The notes under the pieces are model-generated. The model searched no databases, was not told the DNA's origin, and saw only the letters and a list, made by a program, of their open reading frames with translations. Source: Iphione sp. A-MEVVRFRX5 (Eukaryota). From it: a stretch of 64,000 nt of DNA. Position numbers and translations under genes: made by a program. The stretch is from NCBI GenBank assembly GCA_976226885.1, contig OZ320315.1:88474001-88538000 (forward strand), written 5' to 3'. Below are positions 12,155 through 25,089 of the stretch, piece by piece; positions within the stretch are counted from its first letter, which is position 1; every line of letters starts with the position of its first letter.

Positions 12155-13292
12155 CTTGGATGACCACTTCAGTGAAACAACCATCCCCATAAAAACAAGG
12201 CAAAGAGGGTAAACAACCGCCTCTTATAATGAGGAGTAAAAGCCTTGAATATGTGATAATCATTAAGCTGAGCTCACATTGTACTTTATTAAACATTGAG
12301 AAGTGTAACCGGATCTTTGTATGTCGGATAATCAACCACTAAATACCCAGAATAAACTGATGTGAAAAAGGTTCTTTGTTTTTGAGCTATAAGAAACCCT
12401 TTACTATAGACAGTAAGGGCATCTTCCCACAAAACAGCCTATCTATAAGATACATTTCTGCGTTTTAATACGTACATAAATCCATGTCCAAATTAAGTTT
12501 TGAAGGCGTTTTAATTCACACGCTTTATCTAGACGTGATCTCTAACCTTTCCTGAAGGAGAGCAATGAACAAAATCGTGCATCATAATTTATTATAGGTT
12601 AAGCTTTGAATCAGTCATTTCTCGTTACTTTCTGAAATAAGCCTCAAAGATCATTCGATATCTTGTCGTAAATATCCTGGCTAATTTTAAGAACTATCGG
12701 TGCATGGACATAATTTAATTATAGAATGATAAAGGCGTTTAACGGATTAATATTTCTTTTTGAGAGAAAGATTTACATTGTTACTCTATGCTCTGTCTTT
12801 TGATATTTATGGAATGGATCTTGCTAGAGAAACTGTTCAGCAAAGACGAATAAAATAAATAAATCATAATGTGAACAATGTCGGGGTATCAAATGTCATA
12901 TCAGATGGCGATGTTGCTTTTCCACATAATGAGAGGTTGTTGTGATAGTGGGAGAAAATATGATTGAAACGATTTGTTTGAACAGAAGGACTGTTGGCAT
13001 TTATTGCATATATGAAGGGATTTTCTCTGCAAAACAGACCCTAAGCAATCAGCACATGGCCACAGACACAAATATATCCCATTGATTCTCAAGAAATGCA
13101 GGCCAGCCACTGTTGGGCTTAGCAGGTACTAACTTTCGGTTTGTACTTCTTAAAGGGTAATAGTTCCACAAGCTAGATAAGGACTATATCTTCTGATATA
13201 TCTATAATATGACAACGTGAAAAACAACAGGTATACGCCAGATGCTACTCTCTAATGGCTGTAAAGAATGTCGTCGTCATGCCTCCTGTTGT

Positions 13293-13306
13293 GTTGCTAT
13301 GGTGAC
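13293..13306. promoter_or_regulatory. RFX X-box-like motif
   Basis: GTTGCTATGGTGAC. Confidence 0.35.
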
Positions 13307-14119
13307 TTAGATTTGTTGATTTCAAGGAAAGTACTACATAGAATGGTAATACATTAAGGGAGGAATTACTGAAATTACTTGCCTTAGCAGATCTGAAAAT
13401 GGGTTTTGACTGGGTTTCTCATTATCGGCTCATCGGACATGATATATTGTCTGGCGAAGACAGGTGCAAAGAACCTGGCTGATGTATTTACTAGAGAGTG
13501 TTTCGGTACTATGGTGGAGTATAACTGTAGTAGATTCAAGGCTTATTGAACCTTGAAGTGGTGAGCATATCATGGCCGGAGTTAACCTAATGTCGGTTAA
13601 AGTCCTTATGCCATTGAAAAAGGAAAAGGTTGGAGGCTCACCACATCATATATTTTTTTTTATACGGGTGAAGCAGTAAGCCTCTTTTTTCCTAAATTTT
13701 ATGATGTGAAGTCCGGAGTATCAAACAGATTGAAATCATGTGGAGTGAATATTTTCACTCTAATAAAATCTCAATTCCTTTCCAATATATTGTGTACTTC
13801 CATTGTTCTTTTTAAGTTTGGGTGGGAAGGAACGAATTCGACAAGATGTATTTTAACATATCTGCTGTTAATGCTGAAGTGTTTGCATATAATGGTCTTC
13901 GGTAAAGGTTTGGTCATCTTGTGATAGTGATTCATAAGGCCACGTTTCGTTTGATCTATTTATTGTTTCACACAGCTTAGGCCTAAGTGAAAAAATATCT
14001 GTGGTTCCGGTAACCCGACAGACCCTTATTTTTTGTCCTACTTGAAAATCTTTGTTGTTTTATGAATATTTTCTAACTGAATATAGATACTTATACTATA
14101 CATCATTATATTACCTATG

Positions 14120-14560
14120 CCATTAGTTTTCGTTTGATGGAAGTTTCATCTTTGTAGGTCTTAGGCAACTGAGTGTATGTGTTAAATTTGTACATTTACA
14201 AGAAAAATCTTCTCATATATTATGATCCTATGGTATGAGACAATTTGTTCCGTTCCTATGTCCCTCTCATTTTAACTTCATGGATAGGTTAGAGATTGTT
14301 GTCCTGCTTTAATGATCCCATTTACAACTAGATCAGAGTTATTTCCTCGCCAAATAAAATGTTTCCCTGTTTCAATGCTATATGTCATACATAGTTATCT
14401 ATATGGCTTCATATTCGTCAGATTCTCCAAAAATGTCTGTACGGATGCCACGTTTTTAATGTGGTGGGTGTGCTGATTGGAAATGTAGATTATTGTGGGC
14501 ATCCGTTGGTTCAGTCTAAAGGTCAGTGTACAGATGGTCATTTGCATCTTTCCTTACTGT
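14120..14560 (-). mobile_element. Decayed Penelope-like retroelement (RT C-terminal/thumb region plus GIY-YIG remnant)
   Basis: Minus strand gives TVRKDANDHLYTDL*TEPTDAHNNLHFQSAHPPH*KRGI, then after a 1-nt frameshift PYRHFWRI*RI*S. This matches the PLE signature LxTDLYxKPTDxxxYLHxxSxHPxHxKxxIPYSQxLRIRRICS. Downstream FSCKCTNLTHTLSC and ETSIKRKL resemble the GIY-YIG N-terminus. Confidence 0.75.
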
Positions 14561-15759
14561 TGTGATAATCATCATATCTGTCTGGTCATCGATGTTACAG
14601 TCATATCATCTGTGATATAGATATAGATTTCTACTTTAAAGTGTGTTATCAGCTTAAATTAGGGATTATAATGGATATCGTCAAATGTGAATTCCTACTG
14701 CTTTTTTAGGACAGACATATGCCCGATGACTGATCAAAGCCCGCACACTTTACTTGCAAGTCATCTACAATGGATGACAAATTCACCCAAAGTGATAAAG
14801 CGTACAGGGACAAATAAGTCATTGTAAAAATAAAAAACAGAAAGACCCAAACTGGAATTTACTTTCGCTTTGAATGACACCGATGTTAATGATATTCAGA
14901 GCGATATGAGTTCCGCCAAGTCATTATCCGATTAAGCCTAGATGCGTATTTCCCCTGTATGCATAAAAAGATAAATGGAACCGTTCATGTTACAGAATCA
15001 AGTGTGGAGCGCAGTAATATACGAGGATGGATTTGAGGAATCATAATCAGAACCTTTCCACCTTGAGAACGTGGCTCTCACGATATTGTATGCATGAAAA
15101 TGGCATGGAGTTCTTAACATCTAGCACACCAACAAGGTTAGTTATCCTGGCTGGTGGTGATTAACGCAGTGTAGCTACGTTTGCTTCCTACACAATTTTT
15201 TAGGTTTTTCTCGAGAACATCTTTTGCCATGGGGCTACTGCACGTCAATAGTTTGCCCCCTACTCCTGCAATGGTGCTTAACCGCCGGCCAGGTTGGTAA
15301 TCAGGTCATTATGGAGCAGCTCCGTCTGCCGCAGCAGTAGACGAGCAGATATGAGCTGATCAAGCGGCCGGCCAACGGGGGGTGGGCCGGGCGACGACGG
15401 CAGAGACACAAAAACGCCAGATGAGAGCGATATTCTAATCGCGGCGCTGATACGAGCGTTTGGCTAAATTGTTCGTTTAGCGGATTGCTCGGCTTGGTCT
15501 GTGGGTCGATTGATGATCTGCATGCCAGCTGAGTGATAAACCCGTGTTCCACTAGCAGGGCTCCCTGATGGCTATTCGAATCACATACCCGCATACCCAG
15601 CCACTAATGTATACTGAGGGGGAAAAACACGAAGTTTTGGGGGAGGGGGACTAGAGAGAACGATTAAAAGCTATTATACTCCAAATAGAACATTAACCAC
15701 GATAACAAACGCCTGCATGAAAATGCGTGCAATTGAAAACTGACATGCCACTTTGTGCA

Positions 15760-16290
15760 GGGCCGGCGCGCAGTGTAACAAGCATTAATCCTTATCGACA
15801 CCAGTTAATACATACGCATCCGCTCGGGCAAATGGCCGCCGGTCCTGACGGTAGCGTCGCCGACACGAACAGCCTTCCGTGCGGAGAGTAATCATGCTCG
15901 CTCATGCTCGCAGGGAGATGGCGAACCTCACGCGCGCACGTGCGGACGCGCCCGACACGGACACGCCCGACAAGCCCCGACGGTGATCAGCAACACTCGC
16001 ATGCCGTGCGCACGTTAAAAGCAGGCGCCATTTTGTTTTTTTCCCTCCCTTCTACCCCAACACAGATCAATACGGCTAGTGGTCGCCGTCTCCGCTATGT
16101 TGATGCTTTCTGGTCGCCATTTGTCACTGCCCCCCCCCCCCACAGAGCATCTAAGCCGCCCGGCGACCCGGCGCTTGAACCGGAAGTGCATGCATGGACC
16201 GGAAGTTGTACGCAGCGTAGGCAATAGGGTGTGTACGGTGGCTTGGCGATCGCGAGAGTAGGGGCGGCGCGGAAACAAAAGTGAGGGGTC
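15760..16290. promoter_or_regulatory. CpG-rich housekeeping-type, possibly bidirectional promoter
   Basis: Two perfect ETS sites ACCGGAAGT (16179-16187, 16198-16206); YY1-like CGCCATTTT (16026) and CGCCATTTG (16115) plus CAAATGGCCGCC (15829); NRF1-like GCGCACGTGCG; TCGCGAGA; GC box; plus-strand donor-like AA|GTGAGG at 16281. Confidence 0.65.
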
Positions 16291-16597
16291 TCCTCTCTAT
16301 GACAAATTGGTCACAGCTTATGCGCAGCGAATCATTTGTCTCCAGCAGCTGTCGGAGAGGTGGCGGGAAAAAAACAATATATGATTAAAGTTAAGCAGAA
16401 AAGGCTGTTGGACAATGTCGGCCCCTGCCTGTACCTGGCTACAATAGAAGATTGTCGGGCCGGGAGGCGGGCCAAACACAAAGTAGAGCGTAAACTGGGC
16501 GAGTATTGACACGATCAGGCGCAATCAACAGAACACAAGCAAATTGGCTTAGAAATACTGGCACCCGTTACCGGTTTGCACGACAGACCTTTACTAA

Positions 16598-16622
16598 TGA
16601 CGTCAGTTCCACGAGGGGGCGC
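16598..16622 (+). promoter_or_regulatory. CRE (TGACGTCA) adjacent to a CTCF-like motif (forward orientation)
   Basis: TGACGTCA at 16598-16605; CCACGAGGGGGCGC at 16609-16622. Confidence 0.5.
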
Positions 16623-17761
16623 ACTTGTAAATGAGACTCAGTGAAGTATGCTTCCGTAAACCTCAGGCGACAATCTATATAATGAGGCCAACTATGTACG
16701 AATCGCCCCGCGAGAATAATATCTCCAACTATATTATACGGTCAGGCATTGTCCTGCACACAAAAGAAGTATAAGTTATGATTTCTGTAAATCTTTTTGC
16801 GAACGTAGCGCTAGTTTCAGTATGATGCCTCGGGAGCGCAGTCGATCATTTTTTCTTGCAACCATGATTTGTAAATATAAAAAAACAAGCACAGATGATA
16901 AAACACTAAGTAGATCTGGCCATGTCACTATTATCATTCATCGGCGTCTTAATGTCGACAGCTTTACACTTTGCGGATACTTACAGTTACCACTGGCACG
17001 TCTTAATGCACGTCACAGAGAATGCTAATGACATTTGTCCATGGCTTCTTTTGCCTGATTTGATTTACAGGCTTGGCCGGTAAAATGGCGGCTGGCAAAG
17101 CTTTTGTTGAGGCTCGAGTACGGGGCTCAGTTATTGTATGCCATCGATCACACCTGATCTCGTTATCCTCTTACTGTGTTACCTTAATGCTTTATCCCCC
17201 CCTCCTCCAAAGCTAAAGAAATTGAACAGGTTTGGACATAGTGGATATAATAAGCGGACAAAGAAATGCAACGTTAACCGTAATGGGCTACTGGTGAACC
17301 GCAACAACATTATTGTATAAAAAGTCCTGATGACGTTTCTTGAAAATTCTATAACCATCGCGCTGATTCCCACCAAACTCATCACTTTGCAAGAGACAAC
17401 GCACAAAAAAATCCAATAAAGTCGCACAGGGGGGAAATCTGTCATTGCAGACAGCTTTTTTTTTGTCTATTCAGAAAATCCGATCAGGATAATAGCAATG
17501 AGAAAATCAACACGACGAAGTCCTCAATCACCTGACGATTTTTTTGTGGAGAAAACAAGAGTTGATAACATGATGGAATGTACTTACCATGTATATATGG
17601 CTCCTGGAAGATACATTTAGGTGTCTAGAACGTATTCTAGTATGGATGCCCCATGGTTTTAGACTTCTCTCTGTAACCACGGAGACTATTATACTTGATT
17701 TTTTTTAATTGTATGCACAGCTTTCTTGTCAAGCTCTTTAGTGGGGGGATCAAAATGTGCC

Positions 17762-17802
17762 TCCCCTACCCCCTCCCCTACCCCCTCCCCTACCCCCTAC
17801 CC
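17762..17802. repeat. 12-bp tandem repeat CCCCTACCCCCT x3
   Basis: Read directly; appears as PYPL repeats in the ORF track. Confidence 0.9.
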
Positions 17803-18614
17803 TCACATAAAGGAGTCGTGTCAGGGACTCATCGTCTTCTTCTATGCCGCATTTATGACGGGAAGCATGTAATTAGGTACGTGGACATGACAGGAATATC
17901 GACAGAATTAGACCAGGCGGACGAATGACGGAGGGACGGAGCTGGGGTGTGGACGCCATCTTTCTGGTCTATGAAGTAGAGGATGGTGTTAAGGTTTGGG
18001 GGGGGGAGCGTGCTGGACCTTAATTAAGGTGCCAGCCTAATTAGTTCTCATTAGTAGGCACGCACCTTGCACCCTACGTGCGTCTATGTCACATAATGAG
18101 CGATATTCTGTAATTTCCACCTCACGCCTCGCGTTTGTTCTCGCAAAGTAAAACACTATAAAGTAACGCAGTAATTTTCTCTGGTGCGAAGAGATTACAC
18201 TTTTAAAGGTCATGTAATAAGCCGCTAATTTGAATAAAAATATGGAGAGTAGAACCAAAGACTGGAGAAACATGTATATGTACATGTATATAGATTACCA
18301 ACTGGAAGGTAATCGTTCATCCCAATCTATCTACCTGACACACCGTATCGGGAACTTCTATTAGAAGTATGATTAATGTTTTAATGTGGTTTAGGTTGGT
18401 CTTTTTCCTATGCGTTCTACAAAACATACACTTTATATATATTCTTCATGGACGAAAAACGCATTCCCTCGAAGCCCACATTTTGTGGTGTGGCTACGGG
18501 GGTGGGGTCATTTACTGAACTAGTGGTCACGTTTTGGTTCGTCTGTCAGAGCGCAAAGGATTATTACAAGGATAGCAACGATATCGTGACATTAAAGACT
18601 CGGAAACTGTGTAA

Positions 18615-18916
18615 GGGGTTGTTCACATGTAGCCGGAGTTTTCCATTCTGAACATGTGTCTGGGTGCGGACATTTTTCCAGCCTGGCTTAACTACTATAG
18701 GCATTCACATACATACAGATATTTCCGCAACTGGACACAGGTGTGGATCTCAAACCGTCTGGGATGGGTTTCGTCCGGACACGGACGCAGATTCCATAGA
18801 AGGCAATGGTAGAGACAGCTGGTGAGCATATGTTGGCAATTAATGTCCGGACACAACAGATGTCTGCACCCGTGTCTGGGGCTGGATTTTCGGTCATGCT
18901 GCATGTGAAATGCGCC
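18615..18916 (+). mobile_element. PIF/Harbinger-like MITE, full length (302 bp)
   Basis: TAA at 18612-18614 and 18917-18919 (3-bp TSD typical of PIF/Harbinger); imperfect TIRs GGGGTTGTTCACATG versus GGCGCATTTCACATG (11/15); two related copies in the window. Confidence 0.7.
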
Positions 18917-19920
18917 TAAGTAGCCTGGCTGAGCCGGTAACTTGGTCAGGGTACAGACTGCAATTTGAATGTTCGTTTTCATTAAGCTGACCAAATTTAG
19001 CACCACTGGAACTGAGGGTAATACGGTATATAATAAGACCAATGTCTCATCACACAGAAGTCTAGTTGAAAATGCCATCGGGTATGAGAGCGTTTGACGT
19101 CATTATGGCATAGATGATACCGAAAAAAAAGCCGAAACCATCAGAGAGAGAGAGAGGGGGGGAGGGGGACACCACATCGCATTGAACCCTATCTGTTGGC
19201 CCTCGGGGTCCGGACCACTGACAGCAAGAGCGGTAGGAGGTCGTGAAACTCGAATCGGCAGGGAAATACCAGGGGGAGTATCTATTTCTCCTGTCTGGTC
19301 ACGCAAGGCCTGAAGCCTGTCCCATGGGCCCTATTAAATACAGTGTCAGTAGGTTTTGTATTAGGGACAAGATGTCGGTCAGTTCGCAATAATTTCATTG
19401 GTACATTATTCAGGGCCGTCGACCTAGGCCAGTCAGCCTGTACGTCTCCCGTCACAAGTCCAATGAGATTACCAGTCTGCTGGTCGCCAGCCGTCATGGC
19501 ACACTTTGTGAGCAACTAAACCAAATCTGTTTTGCTCTCGAGCCAGCGGCCATGGCTGCAGAAGTCATCCTCGGCCGGCAGTTCTCGAGGGGTCGAGTAA
19601 AGATGGCGGGTCAAGTGGACAGCTTCAACCGGTGTCTGGTCTGTGTCAGTCGGGCCCGGCGCGCGTGCCCCTCCCCCCCCACCCCCTCGATGGCTACATG
19701 TGACCCTCATCATTGGGCCCTCATCGAGTAAATTCATCCAGAAGCCGAGAGTGGAGAACAAACACAAATTGGGAGAGCACGTATATAGTAGAGGAGGAGG
19801 GAGTGTACAGTCCCGAGTAATATCATCACACTGGGCGTGGATCATGGCCACGGAGAGAGGCGGGGCGTGCGATGAAATAATTCGCAGTTCCCACCCCAGC
19901 CCTCCATGCCCTAGACACAA

Positions 19921-20270
19921 CACAGTGTGAGCTCTCCCCTCTGTGCCCTATACACAACACAATCATCACAGTGTGAGCCCCTCCCCTCTATGCCCTACAC
20001 ACAACACGATCACAGTGTGAGACCTTCCCCACCTCCACACACTACACACAACACAATCATCACCGTATGACCCCCCCCCGTCTGTGCCCTACACAAAACA
20101 CAATCATCACAGTGTGAGCCCCTCCCCTCTTTGCCCTACACACAACACGATCACAGTGTGAGACCTTACCCCCCTCCACACCCTACACACAACACACTCA
20201 TCACCGTATGAACCCCCCCCCGTCTGTGCCCTACACACAACACAATCATCACAGCGAGCCCCCCCCCCCA
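19921..20270. repeat. Minisatellite of 44-50-bp monomers with a 141-bp trimeric higher-order repeat
   Basis: Monomers start at 19921, 19967, 20011, 20061, 20108, 20152, 20202 and 20250; variants A-B-C recur at a 141-bp period. Confidence 0.9.
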
Positions 20271-23200
20271 ACGACTAAAGGAATAACGGCGTTTGACAGA
20301 GATGATTTTGCCCGCGGGAGGCCGACGCTTATCCGGCAGCGAAACCTTGGCGCTACCGTCTCCTCGCCGCATAACCTGCTCAGGCGCCATTTCCGTTACT
20401 GACGGCGAGCTCGGGAAAGGGCAGACCTGGGCCGTACAGGAAGCATTGTTGCAGAAGTTCTGGCCTTTCCACGTAGACGCCTGCAGCCCCCTTTTTAGCA
20501 GCGACTCAGCAAAATAACAACCGGCCCGCCAGGGGGATGCACCGTCTTCAGGTCAGCGAGCCAGAGGAGGTTTGGCTCGCTAACCCGCCACCCCTCCCCC
20601 ACCCCTCCCGTTCCCAGCGTTTCGACCTGGGGCCATTACATTTAAGATAAAACGACCTCTCTGAAGACGGTCAGTATCGAGAAATAAAAGGAAATTCCCT
20701 TCGTTACATCAATAAAAGAGTAACCTTTAAATATATACGTACGTGTACAAATCGTCAAAAACGTGCGAAACATGCCTTTCAGGCAGATAACATTTGTACT
20801 GAATAATACACAATTGTGCGGGCGATAATTTTCTTGGCTAAAGCTGAAAGGTCTTAACATTCAGGTCATGTTTTTGCCAGCCTTTTGTAACAAAGATGTT
20901 CCATGTTTTTCCTTACTAAAAGCAAATCACCGGACGTACATTTAACTTGAAGACTCAAATGGACCGATGTGGCAACAGTCAGCATTAGAAACAGTCGTAT
21001 ATGTGGTGTTTATGTGATACAAACTGTTCTCTACATGTCTAGAGAAGGTACGTTTCAAAACCACAAAATCATATGACATCTGGCACACTACATGTATATC
21101 ATTAGACACAACATATAATTTCGCGAGGCTTGAACAGAAGTCAGTGACTTTTGGCCTCTACGTCAACATGTCGGTACAAACAAGAAAGAAATGGTTCCTC
21201 GTTAACTAGCACTCAAATAAAGAATAGACATTTCAAAAACAGTATGTTTTTTTGCATTGATGGAGGCGTGCGCTGCATCTTTAGTAACGTCCCTAGACGT
21301 TACGGCCCGGCGGCAGTGGCAGCGTATCTTCAGGAGTGAAGTAAAACACTCACTATCACATTACCTATGCATGGATTTTGCCGCCCATGTCGAAAACAAG
21401 GCGGAATGGGGGGGGGGGGCGAGGGATTCTGGTGGGGAATGACGGAATGCTAGCGGCACGTGGCACACGGTTGGCCAACAACCACAAGCTGCATCATGAC
21501 ATTACTGATTGCCACGATGCAAATCTTCTGCCTTACCGCGTGCGAGCCGCCGGCAAGCCGCCGACAAAGACCGGGGTGGATTGAAGGTGGGGCGATGGGG
21601 GGAGGGAGGGAGGGAGGGTGAGGGAGGGAGGGAGGGGAGAACAGGATGGCTGCTTGAAGGGTAAGGTGTGCGACAGACTCCCCCTGTGGAGATAACGGAG
21701 CGGAAGGAGGATGAGAGGACGTCGCCGAAGCGCAGTTGACACTGGCAGGCAGCAGAGGAAGATAGGGGAATGCAATACTGCTTGTAGGGGGCAACATCTC
21801 CATGCGTAGAAAGCCTCTCCCTGGGGCGGGATCCATGCATTGACAAGCAGATCTTCATCGAGGGCGACACTGATGGGAACTAGATCACTTTAGATCTTGT
21901 TCTTCTAAAATCTCGGGATTAAAGCTGAGTGGTAATTTGATGGCAGTCGTCGGCGCAGCCAGGAGAGAAGATGTATGCGATGCACCCTTTCGTGATAATG
22001 ATTTCTACCAGTGTGGCCAACGAGAGGGTCCACCCAAACCAGAGACCCCCCCCCCCTTATGTGCCATGCGTATCGCGTGCATCTAATAATCATCCAATTG
22101 GGCAGTAATTTCCCACGCAGCCCAGACCGACTATTGATGGCCTCTTCAATTTTCCCTCTCAATGTCGAGAAAGGCGGGTCCCATCGCGGGTGCCGTATAC
22201 AGATTGAGTTTCTCCCCCCTTCCTATCTTGCATATACAACAACAGCAGCGGAAAACGCAACACTCTGGCCGTGAGTGGTACAGATCACTCACATGTCGTC
22301 GAGTAATTACGTCCACCGGGCCTGACAGGAGGATCTAAATGGCAAACTCTACAGCCGCTTCATCTGCCGGTGCCGAGACAAATTTGTTTATAGAACCTAA
22401 TGCAGAGCCCAGGTAATCCTCTCCGATTGCTGTAGTCACGGCTGAAAAAAACACCCACGATTACTTTACGACCAAGGCACCATCGAGAGGTCTTCAAAGT
22501 CTCTTCCACCCACCATGTTAACCTTGGCGTCTTGTTGAAACAGTGCTGACTATAAGTTGAAACCATAAATTTATAATGGATGTCTAAATATAAATTTAAT
22601 GCATGTATTTTACGCTTTTGATCCGCCTATAATGACCGATCCTTAGACTGTGAATGAAAGAGGCACATTATAGCATAAGGCAATATTAACAGACATTGAT
22701 TAAATTCAGGTGGATGAATGAATTGCATGGCTAGTGCTGCAGCTGCTGCTTTAGGTACGTATTGCTTTACTTACGTATTGCCCAGCCATGGAAAGCACCA
22801 TGAAAACGTTTTACAGCAGTATAATGAAATTTTTAAAGGCCTCTAAGAGTTTCAGAACATTTTCCAAAAACACTAGTGTAGGCTACTGAAGAGACAATGT
22901 ACATAAAAAAGAATTCTTCTTTCTCACAAGCTAAGCCTTTTTTTTTTATCAGTACATGTACATGTATTTGTAATGCAGGTTTATTTAGATCATTGTGTCA
23001 TCCTTTGATAATATATATTATTAAACATCTGTGAAATATAGAGCACATTCATCTTGTCCTCTGAGCAAACACATATAGTCGACAACAAAACATTCGTACA
23101 GGATCTTATACATGTACTCAGATCAAACAAACACAATGTTTAGTACGGCCGCTGTCTTCAACGGTGCAGGGCTGTCCCTCACAAGGATCGTTCAGGGTTG

Positions 23201-24125
23201 TATTTGAAGAGTTAATACCCATGGTAATGGTTATTCTTTTATACATATCTTTTTCCCCAAAAGCTCCGTAGAATATCTACATTGGCTATGGGGTTAGGTA
23301 AGAAAAGTCATTGTCACTGGTATTGATTACGCTATCTGAGCCTGAAAGGTTAAAGGTAAAGTGGCTTATTCCGCTGAAACATGATACTTCAGGGCTGTTC
23401 TAATGATGGATAAATATAACATTTGTGTATGGATATTATAATGAAAATATCGTATTTATATTGGACTTCTTTGAAAGGTACTACTTTAATTATTTACTTA
23501 TCTTCTAGAAGCACATTTCCAAAAGATTTGATTCGATTATATGATTACATGACAGTTGGTTAAATTGTGGACTAACGGGATTCTTGATTAAAAAAAAGAA
23601 AGTCCAAGAAATACTTTATATATCATTGCTTTGTTCAAAAGTTCAATGAATGCACTAAAGTAAGTGCTTAACATAGATACTTACCATTAGAGAATTCTTT
23701 GAAATGGAGAACGTTGAAAGTTGAGCAGTCGGAGAGGGGGCGGGGGTCACCCTTAATCCAAACGATTCAGTGTCATATTTTGGTCATGTCACCAGTGTCT
23801 CAGACAAAGTGACAGTGATAACACAAGGTTACAAATGACCTGTACATACCATGACTATTACAACTTCTTACCAAATAAATGCTGCTGACTGCATAAACAT
23901 TTGTTGTCAATGTCATACCAAGAATCAGTACTCTCAAGGGTAAATTTGTCTGCCTTGAGTTGATTAATTTTAGGCTTACTTATCTGGGTACCTTCCTTCT
24001 TTTGACTGAATTACAGATAGACTCGTACACTTGAACATGATGACTTGGGATGCCTGAGAAAAACTTCACCCTCAGGCTGGGTACAGTCTTTCGTGGTACA
24101 GCCTAATATTGTGCACATACATGTA

Positions 24126-24194
24126 CATAGCACCATCAAGGATTGAGGACACCCCTTAACGTTCAATGGTGTTCGTATTTGTGAGGTGCTACTT
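24126..24194. mobile_element. Short degenerate pogo-type MITE
   Basis: TA-CATAGCACCATCAAG...GAGGACACC left and GGTGTTCGTA...GAGGTGCTACT right. The architecture resembles the 11677 MITE, and it abuts TACATGTA. Confidence 0.45.
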
Positions 24195-25089
24195 TATATT
24201 TAGACCTTTCTCCCCCAAATCTACTTATTCAATCATGAGCAATCTTTTCAGCAAATCTCTCAGAGTTCTCACGAAATACACTCTTTGCTAAGAGCGAGCA
24301 CATTTTAAGTTTATTGATCCAGTTCAATGGGTTTTACCTTGAAGTGAAAGACCGCTTTGATATCAGCAAAAATGTCATACCCAAGTTTTTTGGTATTGAT
24401 TAGTGCTTTTTCTAAAACGAACATCATTCAGTTAACGGATAATCATCTTAAGCAAGCATAGGGAGGAGGTACTTGAAAAAAGGTTTTCCTAACAGCCCAT
24501 ATTTGTCAGTAAAATCCCTTAACCCTAATTTTTGTTCTGTGTTTAAGGAAAACAATTTATCGAATCATATTTATTTCCTTAAATGACAGTTGTGCGCACA
24601 TATCTGATATTAGCGATCGTCTTTAATGCCTTTTATTTTAAAAGCTAGCTCCGTTTTTATCTATGTGCAACTACAGCGGAAAGCCTGCAACTGGGACACC
24701 CTTGGATCTTTGCAAAATTGTCGCGATTTGTGTCCTGATCGCAGACGTTGTGACTTAAGGCCACAAAGTGGGGTTTTACTCCGCAAAACTACTACAATTC
24801 AGGCTCTGACTAAAAGACAGCAGAGAGGCAGAGAGAGGCTTGAAGACATCTGCTCACACCGACCCACTCCTGGGTTCCCTTCAAAGGGAGAGACCGTGAC
24901 GACAGCGAGGGGCGCAAATTTGTGTCCTCAAACCTCCCTGCTCTGGGACTCCCTTTAAAGGCAGAACCCATGGCAGCAGAGAGAAGCCCGAATTCATGTC
25001 TTCACACCTCCCGGGAGGTGTCCTGAGTACGATCCCACACTACTCCACATTCGCACATCACTATAGTCAGTTATAATAGAATGTGATTA

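Noticed and set aside
13977-14050. Palindrome CTTAGGCCTAAG followed by sequence reminiscent of a DNA-transposon end
   Set aside because: No second end, TSD or second copy visible, so it cannot be supported without a repeat library.
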